A DNA stretch of 63,780 nucleotides, the filler included, from Octopus bimaculoides (Eukaryota), in assembly GCF_001194135.2 (NCBI RefSeq). It is 4 parts of 4 records of this genome, joined end to end, with 100 filler letters (N's around TTAATTAATTAA, not from the genome) between each part and the next. Parts side by side here need not be neighbours in the genome. Positions count along the whole stretch, not along the records: positions 1 to 28,498 come from NC_068982.1; positions 28,599 to 39,270 come from NW_026328969.1; 2 more parts are not named here. One strand, written 5' to 3'. Below are positions 14,677-28,639 of the stretch, one piece after another (positions within the stretch are counted from its first letter, which is position 1; every line of letters starts with the position of its first letter). The position numbers and the translations under genes were made by a program. The notes beneath the pieces are model-generated. The model was given only the letters and a program-made list of their open reading frames with translations, had not been told where the DNA came from and made no database searches.

Positions 14677-15660
14677 GACTGTTCTCAGCACAGTCCTCTT
14701 TCACTGAATCTCACGCAGAATGCATGGTCCATAAAAGAAACACTTTTTTCCAAATGCCACGTAATGGGACTGATGCTGCAACCACTTATGTTTATGAATC
14801 GAGGCTTTTTTTTTTTTTAGAATCCCCAGCTCATTAGCGTAACTACTGTACTCGTTTAGCGGTTTTGCTGTATGATATTTTCTTTAATATGAAAACATGG
14901 ATGTAGTTCAGCGTATTGAAGTTTATTAAAGGTTTACAACGTAATTGTAATATATCATAACCTTATATATAGGTTATATCGTTGTTTTCCTTCAATCTTT
15001 AATATTGTTTATTTCTTATTCTAAAGTAAGATAAGTGATAATAACAACTTTCACAAAAATGATGGTTGCACTTCCAGTACTGCGTATGTGGAATTCATGC
15101 AAATCAAGAATTAAAGTCTGAATAAATGAAATTTTATAATAATTTTGCTTGTCATTGCGTTACTTACCCCGTCGCTAACGCTTTCACGTGATTGAAGAAA
15201 AAGAGGGAGAAAGGAAAGAAGAAGAGAGAGAAAAGGGAGGGAGAAGCGTCCATGACGTGAGGTAGAGGGAATTTAATTGTAACGCTTTCACATAATTAGT
15301 TGAAGGGAAAGAGAGAAGAAAGAAAAAAAGGAGAGAGAAAAGAGGACAAGGCGAAAAGTGAGGGAGAAAGAAAAGGAGGGAGAGAAAAGCGTCCATGACG
15401 TGAGGTAGGGGAACGTAATGTTTATTACGTGGTTAGTTGAAGGTAGAGGAGGATAGTCGAGAATATAATGTTAACAGAGGAGTGACGTTCTGATGGTGAA
15501 GTTAAAGAAAGGCAGAGAGAGAGGACAGAGAGAGACGACGGAAAGTGAGAAGGGAGAGAGAGGAAGGAGAGAGAAAAGGGAAGAGAGATGATGATGGCGG
15601 TGATTGGATTGTGAAAAGTGTATTCTTTATAATTGAACTATTTTTTATATCACTATCTGT

Positions 15661-15822
15661 TGTACCGACGTCCCCAAGTGAAGAAGTAGGAGCGCCCAAG
15701 ACATATAAATAGAAGTAGTCTGGCCGTAATAGAGGATTTGAGTAGCAGTCGAGTAGCAATTGTGTAGCGGTTGAGTAGAGATCATCCGAAAGTGCTAGAT
15801 AGCAGTAGCTTGAGACATAACA
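15661..15822 (+). repeat. ~162-bp TG...CA-bounded repeat with TATAAATA (short LTR-like), copy 1
   Basis: Closely matches 21497-21657. TATAAATA at 15704-15711. No TSD or PBS seen. Confidence 0.55.
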
Positions 15823-17577
15823 CCATCATTTAACGCATGCGCATATGTGCAAATCCGTGAAATATTCACGCTTATTTACGTGACAGATATGTGCAATTTA
15901 ACTAAAGTTTTATGAAATGTACAGAACATTTTTTTATGGGGGGAAATGGAAAAATAAGAGTGAATATTTATTTTATGAGTGCTGAGTATTCGGTTTATAA
16001 AATTGTGCATAAAGTATATAAAGTGTATATAAAGTACATTAAGTAATCATCGTATTCCAGTTCCTTTCACTTTTCAATGTGTAGCAGATAAGCGACTATC
16101 TTTCCATACAGACACAGCACAGGCTACAATTTCAAAGTTTTTGGATAAAGTTTTCAGAAATAACCCGATAGGTTTACCATTAATTCTGTGAAATATTCAC
16201 TGGTCCCGCCAGTAATAGAATTATACCTGAAAACATGTATTTCAGTATCTTGTACGTGTTTATATTTTTCAAACTAACCATGGAATTTCCAGAGGAACGA
16301 GTAGTGATAAATACTTAATCCTGTACTACAGCTTGAATTAAGTATATAAATAGTTTGAATGTAAACGTAATCGTTCAGTTCCTATTGAAGAGAAACACAC
16401 ATAGGAAGATATCAGTACATGGCATTCTTCATTAAATAATTTATGAAAGAGGCGAATTTGTAATGTCAGAAACAAAATGATGATTAACGTAATTCTGGAA
16501 TATACGATAAGCTGCAGTAACAGATGATAGGATACACTGCTTGAAGATTGAACAATATTTTGGATGACAGCCAGTGGAGGCCGAAATGCTGTGAATTAGG
16601 GAATCTGGTACTTCTTTTTACTCTGCCTAATATGCTATTGATTGTATGCGACGAATTACATAAGTTATCAGACTGTTTTGGAAGCTGTAATTACGACTGT
16701 CAATGTATAGCAAGAGAAATACAAAAGAAAATTTCTCTGATGTAGCGTTCCAAGTGTTAAAATATGATGCTAAATGTTCCCATGACTTCTGGATAGTATA
16801 AAGTTCGGCAGTTTTGCGATATAGTAGTTTCGGAGGAAGAAGTTCTTTGGTGATTTCCCTCTTCCGACAAAAAAATAAAAGATAAAAAATAACATAATTC
16901 TAATAAAAGAAGTAATTTTCAACAAAATACGATGTTTGTTCTTTTGGTGTCAAACAGCCTTATGTATCATTGTTGATTTTTCTTTGTTAAATTTCCTTGT
17001 TGATTTCCGATTGAATACAGTAACACGAGGAATTAAATGAGGTGGGTAATTAAACATATCAGTAATAACGGGATGCAGAAAATTAATGGGAAATAACTGA
17101 AGATATTTTTTGCAAAAGGCAAAAAACAATTTGTTTAATAAATGTACCTGATGCGCACTTAAATATATTTGGTATATGTGTGTAGCTGAGTTCCATCAAT
17201 ACAAGCGAGTAAAAGACATCCAAGAGAATGCTATGATTGTAACTGATTTCTTCTGTCCACTCAATGTGTTTACAAGGATTTGGTTGCAATCTAAAATGAC
17301 CACCTTGGTTTTCTCCCAAATTATCAGAGCCGTCATGCAAAGAGTGATAATTAAATGCATGTCACTTGCTAAATCCACCATGAAAAATTTCTAATGAGTA
17401 ATGCCGAGTTTAATTTTATGTCTCTATTCCTAGTTTTGTAAATTTATTGCTCTTATGTTAACACCGATAAGCGTTTTTCCCGTAGTCACTAAAGGCACTT
17501 TATAAGTATAAAGTGACTTCTGCGGAACCATATTCGAACTTGAGCACTGCAATCCAAGCACAATATATCACTCAATC

Positions 17578-18013
17578 TTAGAGGCTGGCAGAATCCTTCG
17601 AACACCCGCAAAATGCTTAGTGGCATTTCGTCTGTCTTTACGTTCTAAGTTTAAATTCCACCGAAGTCTACTTTGCCTATCATCCTCTTGGGGTCGATAA
17701 AATAAGTACCGGTTGAGACTGGGGTCCATATAATCGATTTATCTCGCTTCCCCGAAATTGCTGGCCTTGTGCCAAAATTTGAAACACTATTACTCCAGCT
17801 TAGAAGGCAGCGAACTGGTGGAGTCGTTAGTACGCCGGGCAAAATGCTTAGCGGCATTTTGTCTCTCCTTAAGTTCTGAGCTCATATACTGCCAAAGTGA
17901 CTTTTCATTTCAGCCTTCGAAATCGATAAAATAAGTACCAGTTGAATCATTCCCATCTTCAAAATTGCTGGCTTTGTGCCAAAGTATAAAACAAATATTA
18001 CTGCAGCTTAGAA
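17578..18013 (+). mobile_element. Two tandem SINE family A copies
   Basis: Copy 1 ~17578-17790, copy 2 ~17805-17995. Copy 2 is flanked by tattact(c/g)cagcttagaa. Confidence 0.8.
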
Positions 18014-18398
18014 CTATGGACTACGATCGGCTATGTTATTTATATAGATCAAAGAAAGCTCGATTTTCCAAAGTATTTTATCCACAAGGGCAGAAAAATA
18101 TGATTATCAACATTACAACGCAGTCCATTTCTCAATATGTTCTGAGATATGACTTCGACTCATCTATTCGTGCATTCGTGTCTACCCAGTGAAGCACGCA
18201 TTTATCCGGAATAAAATGAAACTCGCACGACTAAAATTAATTTAACTGCTTATCCTTTTTTTAATAAATGCATTCATACATTTATTTATCCTTTTATTTA
18301 TCAATATCCTTTGTAATTACTCTTCTAAGCATGTATATTTACTGCTCGTTCCAAGCAAGACATAAATCACTTATTTGCAACGGCAATATGCATATACA

Positions 18399-18435
<37 letters not shown>

Positions 18436-18526
18436 CAGTTTATACGACTGTGCAGTTGTGTGCGTGTGTAAGTATTTATATATGTATATACATATATGTG
18501 TGTGTGTATGTATGTCGATTTATAAG

Positions 18527-18565
<39 letters not shown>

Positions 18566-19740
18566 ATGCATGTATGTATGTATGTATGTATGTGTGTGCA
18601 TTTATTCACGGTATAATTTCTATTAAATTATATTTATTTATATGTATACATGCATATATATGCATAAACATTATTATTGCTGTTGTTGTTGTTAATATTA
18701 TTATTTTTATTTTCATCATCATCATCATTATTATTATTATTCTTATCATCATATACGTATATAATTTATATTTATAATTATCATATTAGATACCTGCCAT
18801 TAATACATTTTTAAAACGTTAACTTCAAATATATACACGTGTATGTGTGTCCGCGGGCACACATGTTTTATGATATCAAAACAATGCTAACAACTACGAT
18901 TAACTGGAAATAAAGACACTAGTAATATTTTAACGAAATAAATCGATATCACTCATACTTCTACTCAGAGATGTGTGTTTGCAAATGTATAAACAAACTC
19001 TCTTCAAACACACACATAGATAGATAGATAGATATCTTTCTATTATAGCCACACAGGGCTAAATACAGAAAATGGACAAATTACAAAGTAGAGCTTTTCT
19101 TGGGAGTGGGGATAATTTGGATCAAAAGGGATCGCGGGAAGAAAAAAATATTTTTAAAAANNNNNNNNNNNNNNNNNNNNNNNNNNNNNNNNNNNNNNNN
19201 NNNNNNNNNNNNNNNNNNNNNNNNNNNNNNNNNNNNNNNNNNNNNNNNNNNNNNNNNNNNNNNNNNNNNNNNNNNNNNNNNNNNNNNNNNNNNNNNNNNN
19301 NNNNNNNNNNNNNNNNNNNNNNNNNNNNNNNNNNNNNNNNNNNNNNNNNNNNNNNNNNNNNNNNNNNNNNNNNNNNNNNNNNNNNNNNNNNNNNNNNNNN
19401 NNNNNNNNNNNNNNNNNNNNNNNNNNNNNNNNNNNNNNNNNNNNNNNNNNNNNNNNNNNNNNNNNNNNNNNNNNNNNNNNNNNNNNNNNNNNNNNNNNNN
19501 NNNNNNNNNNNNNNNNNNNNNNNNNNNNNNNNNNNNNNNNNNNNNNNNNNNNNNNNNNNNNNNNNNNNNNNNNNNNNNNNNNNNNNNNNNNNNNNNNNNN
19601 NNNNNNNNNNNNNNNNNNNNNNNNNNNNNNNNNNNNNNNNNNNNNNNNNNNNNNNNNNNNNNNNNNNNNNNNNNNNNNNNNNNNNNNNNNTGATGCCACC
19701 TCCGCCCGGCCTTTTAGAGATAACTTTCTCTCAGCCCATG

Positions 19741-19794
19741 TATAGATAGATAGATAGATAGATAGATATATAGATAGATAGATAGATAGATAGT

Positions 19795-19869
<75 letters not shown>

Positions 19870-19907
19870 GCAGGAAGGCAGGCAGACAGGCAGGCAGACA
19901 TACAGAC

Positions 19908-19961
<54 letters not shown>

Positions 19962-19997
19962 GTAGATAGATAAATAGATAGATAGATAGATAGATAT
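19741..19997. repeat. Compound (GATA)n/(GACA)n/(GGCA)n microsatellite
   Basis: Directly visible. Further (GATA)n tracts at 12599-12652 and ~14613-14676. Confidence 0.95.
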
Positions 19998-20548
19998 GCA
20001 AAATTAGTTAAAGGAAATAAGTCAAGTGAGTCAATGTTGTGATCCGTGTATGCTTGCCTACGTAGATATGCGAGTATATATAGATACGTTTGTATGCATT
20101 CATATAATTATATACACCAAAAGAGTAAATGAAAGTGAGAGAGACAGAGAGAGAGAGAAAGAAATGTGTGTGTGTGTTTTCGTTTATATACGCTAGTGGA
20201 ACGACACAAAGACAAGGATATTACAACTTGTGAACATTCTCTATCAACGTTCTGCATGCAGCTATCATTTTAACTTTTATGGCATCTTACATATTATATA
20301 AGAATAAATGGTTTCGTTTTGTGATTTTTCATATCATTCCAATCAACCGCCAACTTTTGAATATCCTTAATTCCACAAGGAAATTATTATCAATACTGTC
20401 AGTAAAATCTCCCATATTTTCGTTTCGTTTACATATAACACGCATGCACATACACACACACTTGCATATATGTATATAGATACATATATAACTGTAATGG
20501 TTTAAATACATATGTGTATAAGTAATTATCCATCCATCTACTTATCGA

Positions 20549-20622
<74 letters not shown>

Positions 20623-21329
20623 TACATATGAAAGTATATGCGTGTATGTATGTAAATATGCATATATATATATATCTACATACATTCATATATATATTCT
20701 TAGATACGTGTGTTCATATCTGCGTTTTTGTATCTGCATGCATATCTATTTGGGCGTCGCTAAACGAAAAGAAGAAATAAATTATGTAAAGACTTAAATA
20801 CATATATTTAATAAAGAAACAGAAAGAGATACAGCAATTAAAGAGAAAAAAGCGAAAAGAAAAACATTAAAAATAACGTGAGACTAAGGTAGAGAAGCAG
20901 TGAACACACGAAGACACAGAAATAGTGAGTCATTCATTGTATGAATAATCTTTCTTCGAGATAAGCTTGTATATGACATTCGGATTGTTAGATTAAATTG
21001 TTGTATTTCGTCATCGGACATCCGTTGCTTGCGGGGATCTGTGCACATTATCCACCGATCCAAAAACAAGAGCCTTAGGTTTTCTCATTAGTAGCTTAGG
21101 ACATCGAATCCTCTGCTGTTTTTATTTGCCCTCAAGATCTTTAACCGAAACGAAGGATATTAGAAAATATATTTTACCAATAAACAGTAATATAAATAAT
21201 CCAGCGATACAGACATAACCACATTCATTTACACACACAGACGTAATTGAAAAAGAGAGAATGAAAAATGAAAAAGAGAGAAGTAGGATGGGATGGAGAA
21301 AGAATAAATGCTTGACGAAGGAGAAAATA

Positions 21330-21490
21330 GCAAATTATTGATACTGGCAGAACCGTTAATGCATCGGAAAGAGAAAAAAAACACATTTTTCAGTATTTTT
21401 CCTAGTTCTCTATTTTATATTCTGAGTTCAAATTCCACCGAGCTCCACTTTGTCTTTTATCCTTTCGGGTTCAATAAAATAAGTACCAGA
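21330..21490 (+). mobile_element. SINE family A 5' part, followed by the LTR-like repeat at 21497
   Basis: ctggcagaaccgtta...ttctgagttcaaattccaccgag...aataaaataagtaccag. More SINE-like sequence resumes at ~21700-21810. Confidence 0.7.
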
Positions 21491-21496
21491 ATGTTT

Positions 21497-21657
21497 TGTC
21501 GACGACTCCAGGCGAAGAAGTAGGATCTCCGAAGACATATAAATAGAGGTAGTCTGGCCGTGGTAGGAGTTTTGAGTAGCAGTCGAGTAGCAGTTGTGTA
21601 GCGGTTGAGTAGAGATCATCCGAAGGTGCTAGATAGCATTAGCGTTGAGACATAACA
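21497..21657 (+). repeat. ~162-bp TG...CA-bounded repeat with TATAAATA, copy 2
   Basis: Same boundaries as copy 1. TATAAATA at 21538-21545. Confidence 0.55.
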
Positions 21658-22447
21658 TAGAAGATCACAAAGATTGATGTAAACCACCTGTCTCTTCTAT
21701 CATCAAAATGCTGGTCTTGCGCCGAAATTTCAAACCATTATTATAATTTCATCATTTTGAGGTCGTCGAAATAATTACCAGTTGAGTACTGGGGTGATGT
21801 AATCGGCTAGTTTCTATTACACAAGCACATTTCAGATCATTTGCAATAGTATAAAGAATTAATGTGTAGTAGTAGTAGTAGTAGTATATGCTATCTTATT
21901 GCTACAAGTATTATGGGTGTATGTTTGAGTGAATATGCGTGTTTGTATATGTGTGTGCGTGTATCTATGCTCTCGTTAACAATACTACCGACACACTCAC
22001 AAATTTAATATCGTCCACGTTTACAAAGACGGAAACTGCACAAATACTTACGAATATTTCGACTTCATTGTAAGTAAACTGAAACGCTAATTCGTATACA
22101 TATCTCTACGGTATGCAAATGTCAAAACTTAGCAGATATATTCACAATAAGTATTCGTTTTATGATACTATTATTTAAACATTAGGCGTGTCTTGGTATC
22201 GTGTGTTCATTGATTATTCTAAAGACTTTTATTCTTTTCCTCAAGCGCATATGCATAATCTAACGCACAAATACATACATATACACACAGACACAAACAC
22301 ACCCCATCCACATACGGACACGCTATATACATTTATATATATATACATTTATATATATATATATATATATATGTATATGTACATACACATATATATGCGT
22401 ACACATGCATACATACATATGTATACATATATATGCATATTATATAA

Positions 22448-22553
<106 letters not shown>

Positions 22554-25243
22554 CAAATGGGTATGGGAAAATAGCTAGGAAGTTATGGGCCTGCGAACTT
22601 AATGTAAATACAGTAGGATCTCATACATGTTATATAATGATTTGGAATTGAAAATTTTAATTTTCTGCTTCGGCAAAACAAAGTTCATATAAATACTTAC
22701 ATATGCACAGATACATAATACATACTTATATGTGCACAGATACATAATAAATAAACTCGCTTAAATGCAAACTCACTAACACACCTACAATTGCATGCAA
22801 AAAATGAAAACACCCTATTACAAAAATGATGAGATTAACCAATGAAGTCCCGAGATAAACACCACCCAATCAATGAATACGCAAAATTAACCAATGAAAC
22901 ACAACCAAGAGACTGCTCACACAGACACACACAAATACATACACACCCCAAAGGACCTAAATACACTCCCAATACCGAGCTGCAACAGTTCTTGCCTTAA
23001 GATCGCAGTGGGGTAAAACTCATGTGGTAAAACAAACTTTCAGTTCCAATAAAAATCAAGTTATATTCTCTGCAACATATATTGATCACTTCTTTCTTAT
23101 TTGTCTGATGTAAATTAATATACTACCTACCAATATTATATATATATATATATATAACTACAAGTAGAAAGATATATTTTCAACGCGTAAACATTGAACA
23201 GTATATATGTACATGGGATAGAATACTTTTAAGAACATTTGTCGGCACTAGCAACCATGAGAAACGAACTCATACCCTTCTAATAACCGGTCAGAGTGCT
23301 CTACATTTAAGCTAAACTGCCGACCAACAAATTCTTCTGCAATTTTAGAAGTTATAAAATCATCGAGAAGCGCTAGATGTTTACGTCATATATAAACAAA
23401 CATAAGTTTGCTTTTGAAGTGTTGAAATGTAGTATAGAACAAGAATAAAGATATAATTTCGAACGCGTTCCTTCGCTTATACTTCTCTTTCATAAAGAAG
23501 CCCTTGCATTCAACAATTTACGAAGTTCTCGAACATGCATTACTCAATAAATATTTTACAAAAATAGAAAACAATAAACATTGAATATAACAAGAATTTC
23601 AAATTTACCATTATTCTGGTATTCGTTTCAACGGTTTTAAGTTCTAGTCTTATTAGTAACAATTTTACACGATTTTAAGCTTGGCCCAGTAACCCATATT
23701 TTTATTCTTGAGCATGGGCAAAGAAAAAAACTTGCCCTTTTGTGATTATAGCTTTGTATCGAGCATTAACTTGGAGTGGCGAGTAATATCTTAAAAGAAC
23801 GACGGACACTGCATTTTAACGTTAGAAGTACTCTTCCTGTTCGTGTATTGTAGAATTAATATTCCACTCTCTACATGTTCATTTACTATTTATCGTTTCC
23901 TTCTTGCCAGATTCGTAAATATAAGTTATTTTCAGGTGTATTTGGATTTTTCGATGAGAAATTACATACTAATCAACATGCTCTCTTTTTCTCTATTTCT
24001 TCCTTTACAAATTACACATCACTTTACATTTCTTATGCATGGCAATAATACACAAAGAAAATTTGGGTGAGAAGTGCCGTCCATTGGCCCGGGAAAATTT
24101 GTAATGCAAAGAGTACGACAAAGAAGTGCAATACGTAATTCAACTGTTCAAATATACAAGAGTTAATTGCAAGTCAGATAGGTAAACAATTTCTCAGTCA
24201 CAAAGAAACGGCTACAATTCAAACTGCAGAATGAAGACGAAGAATATTTCAAGAAGGCAAAATTTGACGTGAAATGGAGAGAAAAGGAAATGGTGACAAA
24301 AAAAGAAACCTAAAAAGAAAGAAGGAAGGTTTCGGTTTGAAAGACATATAAATCAAGAACGGCGAAATAAAATGCCTAAAGAAAAAACAGCAAGGCTTGG
24401 AAAAGAAAAGAAATAACTAAAAGACTGCAAGCAGAGGAAGCACAAAAAAGCTAATTGCTGGAGATAAATCGAGGATTTTATTGTTCGCGAAATTTAGGAA
24501 ACGAGAATCGGTACAAGAGAAAGTAATGGAAATACTATTCAAAATAAAAGAAATACGCAAGACCAGAACACTGGAGTCATCAGCAATGCTTTTCAAAAGA
24601 ACTGTTTTTTTTTCTTTTTTTTTTCTTTTTTCCCTTTTACTTTTTGCCATTCATGTGGGTTTATGAATATTGTTTGATAATCTATTAGCGGCAAACGGTA
24701 AATCGAAAATACTTTGTCAGAAAGATAAAATCATATTGGCTAACCGAAGAGAAACACCATATTCGCTATATATTTAGCAACTCCCAAAGTCCCAGTTACA
24801 AACATTTCAAAGACAACAGCAGTTTTTGCACCTCACCATTTTCTTCTTCTTCACTAGGAGTTCAGATATCTTATTTCAGGCATGTTCATGGTTAAATTTA
24901 CCATTGCACCAGCAATCTGAATCTTTGTAGATCTCTTCAATTTATCCAAGTTAAAATAACTGATTCGAAATGGCCTACGATATTAATTATATTATAGATT
25001 CAGAATAATAAACAGTGCATTCCTCAAATTGTGACTACTTTAAATTAAATTATTAGGGACGAATAAAATCCTAAAATTTGAAAATGAGGAAATTCAACAA
25101 GCATTATATTCGAATATCAGTCATCAGTACAGCTTGCAAGAGAAACTAGAACAACAATTGTAAATACAGTTCTATATTTAAGAGATGGGGAATTATGTAC
25201 ATTATTTACACTATTTACATTTGTCCTCATCATGTTTGTTGTT

Positions 25244-25290
25244 AACACAACGTTTCGGCTGATATACCCTCCAGCTTTCATCATGTGTCT
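25244..25290 (-). ncRNA. Degenerate minimal hammerhead motif in a Penelope-like repeat (~25160-25340)
   Basis: Minus strand GACAC-ATGATGA-A-AGCTG-gagggtatat-CAGCC-GAA-ACGT-T-GTGTT. C3 is changed to A and stem II has one mismatch. Confidence 0.55.
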
Positions 25291-26131
25291 AGGGGTAATT
25301 TCGAACCTGGGTTCTCATTCCTAAGATACTTTTCGATGTTGTTGTTGTTGTTGTTATTATTATTATGTCGAGTCTCTTAAAAGGAAACAAATAATGTGAG
25401 ATAACAAGAAAAAATTCTCAAGGTTGAAACTATTAAAAGCTATTGTTTATATGGTTACAGTTTCAGGTAATGCAGGAACTCCTTAGGACATTATTAGTTT
25501 AGCGAGATCATTTTGCATATATTTATTTTGCCATCATCATCTCTGAGGAACATGAGAGTGCTACCACGATGGAATGGCTGTGGTGAGAAATTTGAAATGC
25601 CAAAGACATACAACGCTTCCTGAGATGATATTAAATATAATCATTTTCGTGAATAATTCCCTTCAGATAATGGTGCAAGCATGGGTTGGATAAAATTGAA
25701 ATACTTATTGAAAAATATTATTTTGGAGAAATATTAATGCATATTTTTATTCTATCAAATTCCAGAAAGGCGATTAATTCGTACTCATATTCTGATCATC
25801 TATCAATTCGTGACTTCAACAAGACTATTCCGAAAATATATATGTTATCAGTCCAAAAGAGCCTGAACATTTTCATCTGAGAATATTATTGCACAGCGAG
25901 AAGTGAGCAATAAGCTTCCATCAATATCGAACTGTGGAAAGAACGTTTAAATCCATAGGACAAAGAACTTAATCAATAATGATGAACAGGTTTGATGTAT
26001 GGCTGAAGTTCCCATCTGACGAAAGTTTACTTCATATTCGATATTATTTGTTCGCTATAATATGGGCTATAAATTATCCTCACTCATTGCAACTCTATTA
26101 GAGGTTTAAAGAAAATGTGTCAGAAGATTAC

Positions 26132-27428
26132 ATACCAGACGCATTCCAGAGGATTTGAGGCTTTTTAGGAAAAGCAGTTATAACTGTCGTACATTATTGA
26201 AATTTTAGTATATATCTATACAACCAATAAGCTGATCTGCCAAATTTTTATTCTAGTTTGAAGGAGCTAGTTGTAACAGCATTTTGAACATAGCCTAGTG
26301 AACACTACTTGTTACAGCTAACTAGTTTGCAGAATGCTATCGGGAAGAAAATTTGGAACCTCACTATGAAATAAAGTTTCGTGTTAAACTAGACAAAAAC
26401 GATACAGAAACTTTGTAGAAGCTCCAGACTGCAGATAGATTCTTTTGTATAAGTGGAACATCTGTTTTTCACTGGCATAAGAGGTTCAAAGACGATAGAG
26501 AGAGTCAGAATATCAGAGTTGGTTGAGAAAATTTGCAAATTTCGCAATGAAGACCGCCGTGTGTCTATAAGGACAATAAGCATACAGTTTGGAGTTCGTG
26601 TGGTAAATGTACACAGTTATTCAAGAACATTTGAACATGCACAAAATTTGTGCAAACTTTGTTCCCAGGGATCTCAGTGATGAACAGATTGAAAGAATGC
26701 TAGTGACAACAGGAGATGGTCACCTCCAGTTCAAGAGTACTTGAATCCCTGGTGACTTCTGATGAAGGCTGGATCTACTGATATGATCCAGAAACAAAGA
26801 TACAAAGTGTTCAATGGAAGCATCTTGACTCATCCGGGCCCGAGAAAGCCAGGCAAAACAAGTTCATGATGACCGAAGATGACGCTCATGATGACCGATA
26901 TTTTTCACAGCAAAGGCATCGTCTACATCCACTGGACTCTCTCTGACCAGGCGATTCACAGAGAGCTTTGTGGAGGTTCTGTGGGAGTTCAGGAAGAGAT
27001 TTCGTCGCAAAAAACCAGAGTTGTTTCACTTGTGTTGGAGGCACTTACACCAGTCCACAGTTCCCCTTTGGCAACCAACACCTTGATAGTGATGGTTTCA
27101 AAATTGTCCCTCATTCTCCTTAAATGCCAGATCTTGCTTACTGTGATTTTTGGTTGTTCCCCAAGCTGAGGGGGAATACCAAGGGCAATAATTTTGAAGA
27201 CATTGAAAAAAAAATGAAGGAAGCTGTGACAATGGTTCTGGACATCTACACTTTGGAGGTCTTCCATGGGGTCTTCATGAAGTAGCAGGAGCATTACAAG
27301 TGCGTTTAAGTCAGAGGATCCTAGTTTGAAGGAAATAAGTTTTTTTTTGTTTTTTTTTTTTACTTCTTTGAAGTTATTAAAGATTTTTCTTTAAAAAAAG
27401 TCTCAAAACTTTTGGAATGAGCCTTCTA
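26132..27428 (+). mobile_element. Near full-length decayed mariner (DD34D) element with degenerate TIRs
   Basis: Motifs WHKRFKDxRES, KICANFVPRDLS, TSDEGWIYxYDPETK, HSKGIVYIHW and SPxxPDLAYCDFWLFPKL. Left end cattccagaggatttgaggcttttt is roughly the reverse complement of the right end aaaaagtctcaaaacttttggaatg. Many stops and frameshifts. Confidence 0.9.
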
Positions 27429-28498
27429 AAAAGGAGATCCTTTGATAACGGTAAGATAATGCTCGAAAGAGATTGGAAATAATTGAAAGTGTTCAGCATT
27501 GGAAGTGTTGGCTTGTTTCAGAGTATTTCACTCAACAACAAAACCTATCCAAACCAGTTGAAATTCAAGCATGAGTCAGAGCTTCAATTTTGGACATGAA
27601 AAAAAGTGTAAAATTTGTACGGCTGCATATCAAATTGTTGTTGCATTGAACGTATTTATATCAACCCAAATTTGAATTAACTATTTCTTCGCCTACACAA
27701 TTATCTTCACGTAAAATCTATCAGCACTTGACTTATGTAATATATAACTTACAAAAGCATAATATTCTCAAGCCTCATTAATCTTAATGATAATGTTACC
27801 CTATTTTCTAAATTACGTTCCATACTCCAGACAAAATGTAAAGAAACAGAAATGCTTTGAATTCAGATTTATATTTAAACCTGGACTCTCACAATATATG
27901 TTAATTAGGAATATATAGTAAAGTGGTCTTATATATACAATTTGGAGAAATGCTTATGAAACAAACTTCACAGTGATGACTCAACACATTGTAGTGATAC
28001 AATATCTAATGACGCTACTGTATATAATAGTCACGGTCAAACAGCTGCTTGGGAACCGCCTATCGCCGTGGGATTTTCTGCATTGCTCGCCTACCGAAAA
28101 AAATTACTTTGAATAATTTTAGGAGTGCAGCCCGTCGAATGATGATACATGTCTCATCTGATCCGCTTCTAGTAAATGGTTGCCCATGCCCGATATACAG
28201 GGATACTACTATATATATATATATATATATAATAATAATATTAGGGACAAAATCCAAAATTACAGGCAAAAAACTCAATTAAAATCAATTTATAAAAAAT
28301 TAAAATTAAATTGAGCCTTATAGATAAAGTATATATATAATATATAGTTTTAGGGAAAATAACCAATTATCAAGAACTCATCGATGAAAATCCACTATCA
28401 CATATAGAAAAATTAATAATTAAAAGCACAATAAATGAGTATAATATAAAGTAAAGTAAATATCATAAGTATATTTATCTTATGATATTTACTTTACT

Positions 28499-28598
28499 NN
28501 NNNNNNNNNNNNNNNNNNNNNNNNNNNNNNNNNNNNNNNNNNTTAATTAATTAANNNNNNNNNNNNNNNNNNNNNNNNNNNNNNNNNNNNNNNNNNNN
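28499..28598. other. Synthetic 100-bp scaffold join (44 N + TTAATTAATTAA + 44 N)
   Basis: Identical layout at 39271-39370 and 58963-59062. The 12-mer has stops in all six frames. Confidence 0.92.
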
Positions 28599-28639
28599 TA
28601 TATATAACGTGATCAGCCAGACTATCAGATATTACACAT

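Noticed and set aside
17083-17394. Three overlapping 60-85 aa ORFs
   Set aside because: No recognisable domain or splice context; expected by chance.
24903-24975. 73-nt minus-strand exon candidate PFRISYFNLDKLKRSTKIQIAGAM
   Set aside because: Splice signals are plausible, but the phase is incompatible with ZNF598 exon 1 and it does not resemble ZNF598 or any family I recognise.
26756-26802. CTGATGA followed by a 7-bp hairpin and GAAAC (hammerhead-like)
   Set aside because: It lies inside mariner coding sequence (SDEGWIY.YDPETK), has 4 extra nt before stem II, and lacks stems I and III.
28543-28554. TTAATTAATTAA palindrome occurring three times
   Set aside because: Always centred in 44+44 N; a synthetic linker, not biology.
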